A program made the translations under genes and the position numbers. The notes below the pieces were generated by a model. It saw nothing but the letters and a program-made list of their open reading frames with translations. It made no database searches and had not been told where the DNA came from. From an uncultured Sphingomonadales bacterium (GTDB taxonomy: Bacteria > Pseudomonadota > Alphaproteobacteria > Sphingomonadales > Rhodothalassiaceae), in NCBI GenBank assembly GCA_947499155.1, contig CANMND010000004.1, positions 76,633-140,632 of the forward strand: a stretch of 64,000 nt of DNA, given 5' to 3'. Below are positions 43,393 to 53,068 of the stretch, in pieces; position 1 is the stretch's first letter, and every line of letters starts with the position of its first letter.

Positions 43393-45185
43393 TCCTCGCT
43401 CTCCTCGCGTTCGCCGTTGGAATCGGACGGGTTTGTGCTGTCAGCGGACATTTTGGTCATTTCGTGCACTTCAACAAGAGTTGCACCGGGAAATATTGCC
43501 ATTACCTCTTTCAGTAATGGGTCCTGAAGCGCGGTCTCGCGTACCTGCGCTTTATGCGCAAGCTCTTTTTCCCAGATGGTCTCGGTTCCACCCTCTGTAT
43601 TGATGACCACTTGCCAGTCCATGCCGGTCCATTCCGTAAGGCAGGCCTTGACCCGGCGTGAAAAATCCGCCGGGGCGCGATCATCAAGGGTAATGGTGAG
43701 AAGGCCGGGGCGATAGGCGACCGGGCGGACCAGGTCCTTGAAAGTGGCAGCCAGAACGCCTTCTTTTTCCTCACGAAACAGGGCAACCATGGCCTCAAAG
43801 TTAAGTGGGACCGGGTGCTTGGGCGTATCGGCATCAGAGCCAACATCCTGTCTGAGCGCCATGATCCTGGCGCCCCCATGGGCCTTTGTGGGCTGGCTGG
43901 CCTGTGATGGCTCCTCAGCCGCGCTATGTGCCTGCATACTTGTAGCTGAAGGCGCATCATGTCCGTGTATCCCGGAATCTGGACCTGACTGATTTCTCTC
44001 ACTTCCGCCTTTCGCTGGCCGGTCTTTTTCCTGCTGCCACATCTTGATGGCATCGGCAGGAGTCGGGAGGTCGGCAGCATAGGCAAGCCTGATCAGCACC
44101 ATTTCCGCTGCAGAAATTGGCTGAGGAGCAATTCTCACGTCTTGCAGGCCCTTGAGCAACATCTGCCAGGCGCGGGTCAGATGGGGCATGGCGAGTTCTT
44201 TTGCCATTTCAGCACCCAAAGTGCGCTCAGCTTCAGAACTGGTGTTTTCTCCGGCATCGGGGGAAAGTTTCAGGCGTGTCAGCCAATGAATTGTCTCCAG
44301 CATGTCGGACAAGACCACTTCAGGGTCGGCGCCTAGGTCATATTGTTCTCGCAAGGCGGCAAGCGCTTCCATGACCTTGCCTGCCATGACAGCGCGGGTG
44401 AGGTCCAGGATCCGGGCGCGGTCTGCCAGCCCCAGCATGTCGCGGACCTGCTGTTCGTCAACCGCTCCAGCCCCATGGGCGATTGCCTGATCAAGCAGGG
44501 ACAAGGCGTCACGCACCGAGCCTTCAGCGGCGCGCGCAATCATCGCAAGAGCTAGTGGTTCGGCCTTGACCTCTTCAAGGCCACAGATGCGGTCCAGATG
44601 ACTGATGAGAATATCCTGATCCACGCGCCGCAGGTCGAATCGCTGACAGCGGGACAGAACCGTTACCGGAAGCTTGCGGATTTCAGTCGTAGCAAACAGG
44701 AATTTTACATGACGAGGTGGTTCTTCCAGTGTCTTCAGCAAGGCGTTGAAGGCATTTCTGGACAGCATATGGACTTCGTCGATGATGTATATTTTATAGC
44801 GGGCAGACGCAGGTGAATAACGTGAGCCGTCGATAATCTCGCGGATATCATCTACGCCGGTGCGGCTGGCGGCGTCCATTTCCAGAACATCCACATGACG
44901 CGATTCGGCAATGGCCACACAATGCTCGCACTGGCCACAGGGCGTGGTTGTCGGCCCGCCCTTGCCATCAGCGCCGATACAGTTCAAGGCACGCGCAATC
45001 AGCCGGGCTGTAGTGGTTTTGCCGATTCCGCGAACGCCGGTCAGTATGAAGGCATGGGCAAGGCGCCCCGCCGCTATGGCGTTAGCGAGCGTCCTGACCA
45101 TGGCTTCCTGGCCGATCAGTTCGTCAAATGTCTGTGGGCGATATTTCCGTGCAAGGACGCGATAAGGGACAGCGTCATCGGCCAT
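43389..45185 (-). CDS. dnaX: DNA polymerase III tau/gamma subunit
   Basis: AAA+ clamp-loader N-terminus (YRPQTFDELIGQE, GVRGIGKTTTARL, zinc module CGQCEHC). 4-nt overlap with ybaB. Confidence 0.95.
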   Translation of the reverse strand: MADDAVPYRVLARKYRPQTFDELIGQEAMVRTLANAIAAGRLAHAFILTGVRGIGKTTTARLIARALNCIGADGKGGPTTTPCGQCEHCVAIAESRHVDVLEMDAASRTGVDDIREIIDGSRYSPASARYKIYIIDEVHMLSRNAFNALLKTLEEPPRHVKFLFATTEIRKLPVTVLSRCQRFDLRRVDQDILISHLDRICGLEEVKAEPLALAMIARAAEGSVRDALSLLDQAIAHGAGAVDEQQVRDMLGLADRARILDLTRAVMAGKVMEALAALREQYDLGADPEVVLSDMLETIHWLTRLKLSPDAGENTSSEAERTLGAEMAKELAMPHLTRAWQMLLKGLQDVRIAPQPISAAEMVLIRLAYAADLPTPADAIKMWQQEKDRPAKGGSERNQSGPDSGIHGHDAPSATSMQAHSAAEEPSQASQPTKAHGGARIMALRQDVGSDADTPKHPVPLNFEAMVALFREEKEGVLAATFKDLVRPVAYRPGLLTITLDDRAPADFSRRVKACLTEWTGMDWQVVINTEGGTETIWEKELAHKAQVRETALQDPLLKEVMAIFPGATLVEVHEMTKMSADSTNPSDSNGEREESEE

Positions 45186-45351
45186 GGGCTACGACCTTTA
45201 TTCCTACTGTGATCTGCAATTCGTATTTGGCACACACTATGCCACAGCGACCCTTGCTGTCATTGCTTGTTCTGAATGTTGGGTCGATCAAACGCAATTC
45301 ACCCGTCAGTTCAGGGTGCAAGTTGGGCTGTAATGCCGTGATATAAAGGGG

Positions 45352-45450
45352 ATGGTGGAAGCCGACACGACCCGCCGCGGATTCGTTACGGCTGCTTCCT
45401 TCCGGACCTGACCGGATTGGCGAACGCGTCGTCCGCGCCGACTTCCACGG
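45352..45450 (-). ncRNA. ffs: signal recognition particle RNA (small/4.5S type)
   Basis: The minus strand reads ...GTGGAAGTCGGCGCGGACGACGCG...GGTCAGGTCCGGAAGGAAGCAGCC...CGCGGCGGGTCGTGTCGGCTTCCAC. It contains the universally conserved GGUCAGGUCCGGAAGGAAGCAGCC domain IV core, closed by a long terminal helix. Located just upstream of dnaX, as usual. Ends are approximate. Confidence 0.85.
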
Positions 45451-45548
45451 CGGTATATGCTGTTTCTTGTCGCAAGATGCAAGTCATGCATTTGAAACTC
45501 ACTTCGTTGTGCATTTTCACACTAAGGAAAATATGCGATCACAAGGCC

Positions 45549-46535
45549 ATGACAAATCCCGCACTGTCCGAAACTGATCTGCTGATCGCCTATTGTGGCA
45601 ATCCCCTTGACCGGGCCGAGGATCGGCGCGGTGATGCGGCGTGGCTTGAGGCGGCTTTATATAAGGGGCGCTATCTGCTGGTGGAGGGGCGCAAGGTCGC
45701 AATGGCGCCGGGCCTGCACCCTGATTTTGCCTGGCTTGGACATGACCGTGTGGCGCACATGATCGCGGCTGGCCGAACTTGTGTCTTTCTGGGTCGCGAT
45801 GAAAATGACAGGCCGGTTTTTGCACTTGAGTCCTTCGGTCCTGATGATCTGAGCGGGAACGGCGAGGTCTTCATTGATGGCCGGTCCATTGCCATGCAAC
45901 TGGCGGATCCGGCCCGAGACCGGGGTCATACGGGCATTGTAGCGCAGGCCCTGTCTATTATCGCATGGCACCGGCGCAACCGATTCTGTGCTCAATGCGG
46001 AGGGCAGACGGCTGTTCGCCGCGGCGGCTATCAACGCTATTGCAAGCCTTGTGATCTGGAACACTATCCGCGCACGGATCCGGTAGCGATCATGCTGGTG
46101 GTGAAGGGTGATCGGTGTCTTTTGGGACGGCAGGCGCATTTCACGCCCCGCATGTATTCGGCACTGGCAGGATTTGTCGAGGCAGGTGAAAGTCTGGAGC
46201 AGGCGGTGCGGCGTGAGGTCCATGAGGAAACCGGCGTTATTGTGGGTTCTGTCAGCTATATCGGCAGTCAGCCCTGGCCTTTTCCTTCAAATCTGATGTT
46301 GGGCTTCATTGCTGAGGCAAAGAGCGAGGCGATCACAATTGATCCTCATGAGCTGGCAGATGCCCAATGGTTTGACCGGGATATGGCACGGTCAGCCCTT
46401 GCTTTGGACCCTGCCGCACCCTTTTTGGCGCCACCCTCCATTGCCATCGCGCATCATTTACTTAAACACTGGCTGGACGAAGGGCATGGTCTGCCGTTAG
46501 TCTCACCGGCTAAACAAGAAATAAACCAAGACTGA
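45549..46535 (+). CDS. nudC: NAD(+) diphosphatase (NADH pyrophosphatase, Nudix)
   Basis: Zinc ribbon CAQCGGQTAVRRGGYQRYCKPC followed by Nudix box GFVEAGESLEQAVRREVHEETGV. Start trimmed to ATG 45549 because the listed 45417 start runs through the SRP RNA gene. Confidence 0.85.
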   Translation: MTNPALSETDLLIAYCGNPLDRAEDRRGDAAWLEAALYKGRYLLVEGRKVAMAPGLHPDFAWLGHDRVAHMIAAGRTCVFLGRDENDRPVFALESFGPDDLSGNGEVFIDGRSIAMQLADPARDRGHTGIVAQALSIIAWHRRNRFCAQCGGQTAVRRGGYQRYCKPCDLEHYPRTDPVAIMLVVKGDRCLLGRQAHFTPRMYSALAGFVEAGESLEQAVRREVHEETGVIVGSVSYIGSQPWPFPSNLMLGFIAEAKSEAITIDPHELADAQWFDRDMARSALALDPAAPFLAPPSIAIAHHLLKHWLDEGHGLPLVSPAKQEINQD

Positions 46536-46558
46536 CTACAACATGAGGAGAGGGTTTC

Positions 46559-49285
46559 ATGCCCATCTGGCGTCTCATACTGGGGATCCTGGCCATCACA
46601 GCGCTTGCTGCCTGTGACAAGGCGGATGACAATAACAAGGCATCCGCACCATCTGATGTGGCGCCGGAACAAATGGCCGAGATGGTCATTCCGACGGGGC
46701 AGCTGGGGACAGCTGTGGTTCCGCGGCACTATGGACTTGATCTCACTATACTGCCCGAAGAGGACAGCTTTTCCGGCCATGTGACCATTGATGTCGACAT
46801 TAACGAGCCGTCCAGCGTCATCTGGCTTCATGGCATTGATCTTAATGTGAGCGAGGTCTGGCTTCAGACCGGTGACCGCCGCATTGACGCCAGTTATGAA
46901 CAGGTGGACCCAACGGGTGTTGCGAAAGTCAGCCTTGACGCGACGCCGCCTGCGGGCCTTGCGACCCTGACATTTGACTATACCGCGCCCTATAACGGCT
47001 CTTTGGAGGGTCTTTATAAAGTGGTGGAAAATGGTGACGCCTATGCCTTTACGCAGTTTGAGGCAACATCGGCCCGCCTTGCTTTTCCCTCATTTGATGA
47101 GCCGGCCTTCAAGACACCATTTGATATCAGCGTCACGGCGAAAGCAGATGATGTGGTAATCACTGCCATGCCTGAGACCTCTGTTGAGGATATGGGTGAT
47201 GGCCTCGTCACCCGTACCTTTGAGCAGACGCCGCCTTTACCGACATATTTGCTCGCCTTTATCGTCGGGCCGCTTGATCTGGTTGATTTTGGGACATTGC
47301 CACCAACCGAAATTCGGGACTTCCCGCTGCCATTGCGTGGAGCGGCGGCAAAAGGCAAAGGTGCAGAGCTTGCTTACGCCCTGGAAAACACTCAGCCGAT
47401 TGTCGAGGCTTTGGAAGAGTATTTCGCCATAGCCATCCCCTACCCCAAGCTTGATATCATTGCAGTTCCCGACTTCGCAGCTGGTGCCATGGAAAATGTC
47501 GGCGCCATAACCTATCGCGAGCAGCTCTTGTTGCTGGGGGACGGGTCCAAGGCGTCAGTCGGGCAAAAGCGCGCATATGTTTCGGTTCATGCCCATGAAC
47601 TTGCCCATCAGTGGTTCGGTAATCTTGTGACGCCAAAATGGTGGGATGATATCTGGCTGAACGAAGCGTTCGCCACATGGATGGGGAACAAGGCTGCTGA
47701 CATGGCGTTCCCAGGTCAGGGTTTTGACAATGCGGCGTTGCGGGGTGCTCTGGGAGTTATGTCCGCTGATTCGCTGGCAACAGCCCGCCAGATTCGCGAG
47801 CCGGTCCTGACCAATCATGATATCGCAGGTGCCTTTGACGGTATCACTTACCGCAAGGGTGGGGGCGTGCTCGCCATGTTCGAGGCATGGCTTGGTGAAG
47901 AGGCGTTCAGGGAAGGTGCCCGATTGCATATGAAGCGTTTTGCCAATGATGTGGCAGACGTCAATGACTTCATGCAGTCGCTGGCAGACGGATCAGGCCG
48001 CGCGGATGTGGTCGATTCATTTCGCAGTTTCCTGTTCCAGCCCGGTGTTCCATTGATCAAGGCGGATGTGACCTGCGAGGGCGGCACGCCCGGCGTTACG
48101 CTGAGCCAGAGTCGGTATTTCCCCATTGGTTCTTCAGGTGACAGCGATCAGACCTGGTCGGCTCCAGTCTGCATGGCTTTTGATGCCGGTGACGGGCGGA
48201 CACGGTTTTGCACTCTTTTGGATGAAGCGGAAGCTCATGTCGAATTTCCTTCCAATTCGTGCCCGATCTGGCTGATGACCAACGAAAATAGCACCGGCTA
48301 CTACCGGATGAGCTATGACAGTGAGGGCTGGAAAGCCCTGTTTGATCATTTCGATTCGCTGACAGAGCGTGAGGCTCAGGCTCTTCTCGGGTCATTGACA
48401 GCGGCTTACAGGTCGAACGATGCAACCACCGACACCATGGTTGATGCATTTCGCATATTGGCGCAGGCCGATACCCGTGATGTTGCGACCAGTCCAATAA
48501 ACAGCCTGGCCCTGATGCACAATCGCCTGGCCGGCAATGATGCGGCCAAAGCCGGTATAGCAGGCCTTGTTCGTGACCTTTATGGCAAACGCCTGGAAAC
48601 GCTTGGTCTTGATGGTAAAAAGGACGAGGGCAGTGAGGCCCGGCTCTTGCGCGGCGATCTGGTTTCGGCCCTCGCAAATCTTGGCGATGACGATGCCCTG
48701 AGGGCGGCGCTGGTTGCACGGGCGGAAGCCTATCTTGCCAATGACAGTCTCAACCCCGAAGCGCTGGACTCCGGTCTTATTGGGGTTGCCCTTGCCGTTG
48801 CAGTGGAAGAAAAGGACAAGGCTTTTGCCGACAGCCTGCTGGAGCGTGCGCTTCAGTCACGGGATGCCACCTTCCGCCAGCGTGCACTGGGGGCTCTGGC
48901 CGCATCTCCCGATAATGAAATCGCTGCCATGATGCGTACTCATATCGCTGATCCACAGGTGCGGGACAATGAAGCAACACTGATCGCATTTACCCAGTCC
49001 GGCGTTCCCGAGCAACGGTCTGCCGTCTGGGAGTGGGTGAAGTCAAATATGGACGTGCTTTTGCCGCGCATTCCCACATGGCGCAAGGGTGGAATTGCCA
49101 CTATTGGAGGCGGCTTTTGTTCAGTTGAAAAAGAAGCTGAGGTCAGGGCATTTTTTGACGGCAAAATGGAAGCTTTGGAAGGCGGCCCGCGTGCATTGGC
49201 TCAAACTCTGGAGCGTATTCATTTGTGTGCGGCTCTGAGTGAAGCCAAAACAGCGGAAGTAACCGCATTCTTTGAGGCACGCTAG
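46559..49285 (+). CDS. M1-family zinc aminopeptidase (PepN-like), predicted lipoprotein
   Basis: GAMEN exopeptidase motif and HELAHQWFGN-x18-E zinc site. N-terminal signal with lipobox LAAC. GAGGAG Shine-Dalgarno. Confidence 0.9.
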   Translation: MPIWRLILGILAITALAACDKADDNNKASAPSDVAPEQMAEMVIPTGQLGTAVVPRHYGLDLTILPEEDSFSGHVTIDVDINEPSSVIWLHGIDLNVSEVWLQTGDRRIDASYEQVDPTGVAKVSLDATPPAGLATLTFDYTAPYNGSLEGLYKVVENGDAYAFTQFEATSARLAFPSFDEPAFKTPFDISVTAKADDVVITAMPETSVEDMGDGLVTRTFEQTPPLPTYLLAFIVGPLDLVDFGTLPPTEIRDFPLPLRGAAAKGKGAELAYALENTQPIVEALEEYFAIAIPYPKLDIIAVPDFAAGAMENVGAITYREQLLLLGDGSKASVGQKRAYVSVHAHELAHQWFGNLVTPKWWDDIWLNEAFATWMGNKAADMAFPGQGFDNAALRGALGVMSADSLATARQIREPVLTNHDIAGAFDGITYRKGGGVLAMFEAWLGEEAFREGARLHMKRFANDVADVNDFMQSLADGSGRADVVDSFRSFLFQPGVPLIKADVTCEGGTPGVTLSQSRYFPIGSSGDSDQTWSAPVCMAFDAGDGRTRFCTLLDEAEAHVEFPSNSCPIWLMTNENSTGYYRMSYDSEGWKALFDHFDSLTEREAQALLGSLTAAYRSNDATTDTMVDAFRILAQADTRDVATSPINSLALMHNRLAGNDAAKAGIAGLVRDLYGKRLETLGLDGKKDEGSEARLLRGDLVSALANLGDDDALRAALVARAEAYLANDSLNPEALDSGLIGVALAVAVEEKDKAFADSLLERALQSRDATFRQRALGALAASPDNEIAAMMRTHIADPQVRDNEATLIAFTQSGVPEQRSAVWEWVKSNMDVLLPRIPTWRKGGIATIGGGFCSVEKEAEVRAFFDGKMEALEGGPRALAQTLERIHLCAALSEAKTAEVTAFFEAR

Positions 49286-49301
49286 GACGTGTTGCACCTG
49301 G

Positions 49302-49338
49302 AAAAGGCCGACGGGTTTTCCATGTCGGCCTTTTTTTT
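49302..49338 (+). terminator. rho-independent terminator after the aminopeptidase gene
   Basis: AAAAGGCCGAC (49302-49312) pairs with GTCGGCCTTTT (49324-49334), followed by a T-run to 49338. Confidence 0.8.
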
Positions 49339-49501
49339 GCTTATTGACGTTCTGTCGCATTGCATGGAGGACAAGGTCGCGCTAATGAACGCGCGAAGGC
49401 GATGTGGCTTGTTATGGATTTTATTTGTGGTTTAAGGTCCATGATCTGGCAAAAGTTATATGACGACGAGCAAAGACCGGCGGGGCACAAGGAGTGATTT
49501 C

Positions 49502-50062
49502 GTGGATACGATGACGATCAACAAAATTCTGGCGGGGCTTCTGATCGGCCTTTTGCTTACCAAGGGAGTGTCCATGCTGGCTGATGGGCGTTTTCATGTT
49601 GAGGCACCGGACGTCCCGGCCTATGCGGTGGCACTGCCTGATTCTGGCGAGGATTCGGGCGCGGCGGAAGAGCCTGAAGGGCCGTCCCTTGCCATGCTGC
49701 TCGCTAATGCATCAGCAGACAAGGGCAAGCGGTCATTTGCCAAATGCTCTGCCTGTCATACAGCTGAGAAGGGGGGCGCTGACAAAATCGGACCAAATCT
49801 TTATGGCCTGATCGGTGGCCCGGTGGCGCATAGTTCCGGTTTTAATTACTCAGACGCCCTTGCCAATCATGGTGGTACTTGGACCTATGAGCTTTTGGAT
49901 CACTGGCTTCTAAGTCCGAATGATTCCATTCCCGGCAATAAAATGGCGTTTGCCGGATTGCGCAAGGATGGAGAGCGTGCTGATGTTATCGCCTATCTGC
50001 GCAGCCTGTCAGACCAGCCAGAACCACTTCCTGCCGTCGAAGACAGTTCAACGGACGAATAA
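49502..50062 (+). CDS. membrane-anchored class I cytochrome c
   Basis: N-terminal TM anchor ([18 protein letters not shown]), haem site CSACH and a distal Met region. GTG 49502 is 7 nt after AAGGAG. ATG 49511 and 49460 are alternative starts. Confidence 0.85.
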   Translation: MDTMTINKILAGLLIGLLLTKGVSMLADGRFHVEAPDVPAYAVALPDSGEDSGAAEEPEGPSLAMLLANASADKGKRSFAKCSACHTAEKGGADKIGPNLYGLIGGPVAHSSGFNYSDALANHGGTWTYELLDHWLLSPNDSIPGNKMAFAGLRKDGERADVIAYLRSLSDQPEPLPAVEDSSTDE

Positions 50063-50084
50063 CAAAACTCAGCTCATGCAGTGA

Positions 50085-50125
50085 AAAAGGCCGTGCGTCC
50101 ATAATGGATACATGGCCTTTTTATT
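50085..50125 (+). terminator. rho-independent terminator after the cytochrome c gene
   Basis: AAAAGGCCGTG ... CATGGCCTTTTT stem (one G-T pair) followed by T-rich sequence. Confidence 0.65.
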
Positions 50126-50162
50126 CTGGCTGTCGGACCTGATGCCTTAACGGCCCGGCTCG

Positions 50163-51047
50163 TTATTTCAGACGAAACAGGCCATGGAAAGGTGTGCTCG
50201 ACGTTTGGTCAAACGATCCAATAACTGTCTCAAGCGGATCGGATGTCACCATCATGTGTGTGGCGTTTGCATGGAGCAGGGTGTCCTTGTCCAGCATGAA
50301 CCCGACATGTCCGGGGAAAAAGGCAATATCCCCATAGCGGGCATCTTCGCGTTTAACTTCGTGGGCGAGACCTGTGCGACAGGCCATCTGTTGCAGGTCT
50401 GAATCTCGTGGAAACGGAACGCCACAAAGGGCAAGAGCTGTCTGAACAAGACCGCTGCAGTCAATGCCACTGGCAGTCCGCCCGCCCCATAAATAAGGAA
50501 CTCCGGCAAACCGTTCGGCTTGTTTTACCGGATCGCGACCCTTGAGGGCGCTGAGTGGTTCCACATGGTGTCTGGATACCCAGCCGCCATGTTCCAATAT
50601 CCGTAAATATGCCCCACAAGGGCTTATATCTTCCACTGTTATCAGGGCGGTGGCTGGCAAAAGGGCTGCGGCAGATGATTTAAGATCGGGGTCCATTAGC
50701 AGGTGAGTGAAAGTAGCGGTGACGATGTGCGTGGGGTCGGTCATGTGAGGTATCGGCGCGAAAGCCGCCCGTTCTGCATATCCTACATAGCTATCCCTTA
50801 AAGCCTGTCCCCAAACCCAGCCGCCCCGGTCTTCATAGACAACAAATCGTTCACCAAACAACAGTTCGGTCAGTTGCGGGCTGTTGTTGGTACCGTCGCT
50901 GCGCAATGCTGTTATGCCGGCTGTTACCACATGGGGCTGGCCAGTTGCATAGTGGAGCGCATTTACTTTGCCGCGCAAATAATCGGCAGCCAGGTCACGT
51001 CTGGCGGGAACAAGACGCGGATCAATTTTTGCATCAAAGTGGTTCAT
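50163..51047 (-). CDS. NlpC/P60 (C40) cell-wall peptidase with N-terminal SH3-like domain
   Basis: Catalytic Cys context GVPYLWGGRTASGIDCSGLVQ and His context GDIAFFPGHVGFML. Confidence 0.85.
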   Translation of the reverse strand: MNHFDAKIDPRLVPARRDLAADYLRGKVNALHYATGQPHVVTAGITALRSDGTNNSPQLTELLFGERFVVYEDRGGWVWGQALRDSYVGYAERAAFAPIPHMTDPTHIVTATFTHLLMDPDLKSSAAALLPATALITVEDISPCGAYLRILEHGGWVSRHHVEPLSALKGRDPVKQAERFAGVPYLWGGRTASGIDCSGLVQTALALCGVPFPRDSDLQQMACRTGLAHEVKREDARYGDIAFFPGHVGFMLDKDTLLHANATHMMVTSDPLETVIGSFDQTSSTPFHGLFRLK

Positions 51048-51086
51048 AAAGTCCGTATACTATAAGGTAAATCTGAAATAGTTTGG

Positions 51087-51446
51087 TCAGGGGTTGGGAA
51101 CTTGGACCTGTTCAAGTGTGGCACGCTGGATCATGACTTTGTAATCACTAAGAAAAACGGCTCCCTTGACGGTTCTTTGCACCAGAACACTGCGCCGGTC
51201 CTTGTCGTCACGCTTGCGCCTGAGAAATCCAAGAATACCGAGTGTATCGAGAGCACGTGTCACCACTGGTTTCGCAACTCCCAAATCGGCTGCGAGACCG
51301 CGGACAGTATGGGGCGGAGGTGTCAAATATACACACAGCAAAAGTGCCATCTGGCGAGTGGTAAGGTCCGGTTCGCCCGATCTGACGCTCTTGGTCAAAA
51401 CCTGGTGCCACAGGGCCAGCGGATCATTTGCCAGGATCTCGGTCAT
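51087..51446 (-). CDS. MarR-family transcriptional regulator
   Basis: wHTH core HTVRGLAADLGVAKPVVTRALDTLGILGFLRRKRDDKDRRSVLV. Start trimmed to ATG 51446. Confidence 0.8.
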   Translation of the reverse strand: MTEILANDPLALWHQVLTKSVRSGEPDLTTRQMALLLCVYLTPPPHTVRGLAADLGVAKPVVTRALDTLGILGFLRRKRDDKDRRSVLVQRTVKGAVFLSDYKVMIQRATLEQVQVPNP

Positions 51447-51511
51447 GGTCTGAAATTCCCATTTTCGCATACTTGTTACGCAAGCGTATCGGCTTTAACG
51501 GGAATGGCAAG

Positions 51512-52918
51512 TCAAGAAGACCCAAAGCGTTCAGACAGCATGGCAAAGCAGGCCCTGAGCGCCATGGCCTCACCACCCGTTGGGCGTCCGGAGCGGGGTT
51601 TCTGGTTCCAGGCATAAACATCGAAATGCGCCCAGCTGACATCTTTTTCTACGAAGCGGTTCAGGTAAAGAGCGGCGGTGATGGCACCTGCAAATGACGT
51701 TTCGCCCGCATTCAGCAAAGACGCGACAGGGCTGTCGAGATAATCGTTATAGCCTTCCCACAATGGCAGCCGCCATAAGGGGTCTCCAGTTTGCATGGCC
51801 GCCCGTGCAAGCTTGTCGGCAAGTATATGGTCATGGGTGAAAAGGGCAGGAATATCCGGGCCAAGTGCTACACGCGCCGCCCCGGTCAGAGTGGCAAAGT
51901 CAAGCAGCAGATCGGGCTTCTCCTCGCAGGCAAGGGTGAGGGCATCGCATAATACCAGGCGCCCTTCTGCATCGGTGTTACTGATTTCAACTGTCAGGCC
52001 CTTGCGGGTGGTGATGATGTCACCTGGACGGAAGGCATTGGCGGAGATGGCATTTTCAACCGCAGGGATCAGAACCCGCAGACGCACATCAAGCCCGCTA
52101 TCCATAATCAACTGGGCCAGACCCAGCACATGGGCAGCTCCCCCCATATCCTTTTTCATGATCCGCATGCCGCTTGATGGCTTGATATCAAGGCCGCCAC
52201 TGTCAAAACACACGCCCTTGCCTACCAGCGTCAGGTGGGGTGCATCGTCCCGGCCCCAGCGCATATCAATAAGGCGGGGGGCATCGGCAGAGGCCCGGCC
52301 TACCGCGTGGATGGTGGGAAAGTTCTGTTCCAGCAAAGCCTCACCTGTGATGACGGACAATTGCGCCGAGAAGCGGTCGGCCAGTGTGCGTGCCCGGCTT
52401 TCCAGATGGCTTGGAAGCATGTCATTGGTGGGGGTGTTGACCAGATCGCGCACCAGAGAAATGGCAGAAATCTGACGCTGTGCCCGTTCCACAGCGGTCC
52501 TGTCTGAAAGATAAAGCAGGGGTGCAGGCTTTTGGGGACTGTCTGGCAGATAAGGTATAAACCGATAGCTGCCGAGTCCCCAGCCAAGAGCGGCCAGTTC
52601 TTGGGCGTCGGCACCCATGCCTTCTGGAAGGTAGTAGGAACCTGTGGGCAATTTGTCGCGGATTGCCGCCCAGCCCCATGGATCAGGCTCAGTGATGGCA
52701 CCATCTTGTCCCAGTCCCAGTAAAACAGTCATGATCGTGCCATCAGCATCAGGAATCGGCAAAAGCTCGCCTTTTTTAGCGCTGAATTCATGCGCTTTGG
52801 CCCAGCCATCTGCTGGCTTTCCTGCCTGCTTGTACCAATCAGCAAGGTCCTTCTCTGCAATCGCCAAAATTGGTGTGGCGTTAGGAGATTCGTCAAAAAA
52901 GATATGCTGACCGGTCAT
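51512..52918 (-). CDS. M17 leucyl aminopeptidase family protein
   Basis: Signature NTDAEGRLVLCDAL and metal-binding blocks (VGKGVCFDSGGLDIKP). Start trimmed to ATG 52918 (MTGQHIFFDE). Confidence 0.85.
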   Translation of the reverse strand: MTGQHIFFDESPNATPILAIAEKDLADWYKQAGKPADGWAKAHEFSAKKGELLPIPDADGTIMTVLLGLGQDGAITEPDPWGWAAIRDKLPTGSYYLPEGMGADAQELAALGWGLGSYRFIPYLPDSPQKPAPLLYLSDRTAVERAQRQISAISLVRDLVNTPTNDMLPSHLESRARTLADRFSAQLSVITGEALLEQNFPTIHAVGRASADAPRLIDMRWGRDDAPHLTLVGKGVCFDSGGLDIKPSSGMRIMKKDMGGAAHVLGLAQLIMDSGLDVRLRVLIPAVENAISANAFRPGDIITTRKGLTVEISNTDAEGRLVLCDALTLACEEKPDLLLDFATLTGAARVALGPDIPALFTHDHILADKLARAAMQTGDPLWRLPLWEGYNDYLDSPVASLLNAGETSFAGAITAALYLNRFVEKDVSWAHFDVYAWNQKPRSGRPTGGEAMALRACFAMLSERFGSS

Positions 52919-53068
52919 TTTATACTCACTGTTAATGGGGAAGTTGTCCGAGTTGAGTGTGTTGGCGCGAGATAATTTAAGATTTCGCTGTTTGCGCGTA
53001 GCCCTTCCATGCATCATAATCCAGTTATCTTTTAGACTTTTGCCTGTAAAGCAACAAGGGGACGTCAC

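Noticed and set aside
43389-45185. Programmed -1 frameshift site in dnaX (E. coli-type A AAA AAG heptamer)
   Set aside because: No A AAA AAG heptamer was found in frame. The A-rich runs seen (GGAAAAAGAA, GGGAAAAAGAGC) are not slippery in the dnaX frame.
53040-53054. FNR/NnrR-like box TTGCCTGTAAAGCAA upstream of nirK
   Set aside because: The spacing is TTG-N9-CAA rather than the canonical TTG-N8-CAA, and it overlaps the ribosome-binding region. No other TTG-N8-CAA occurs in the 150-bp nirK leader.
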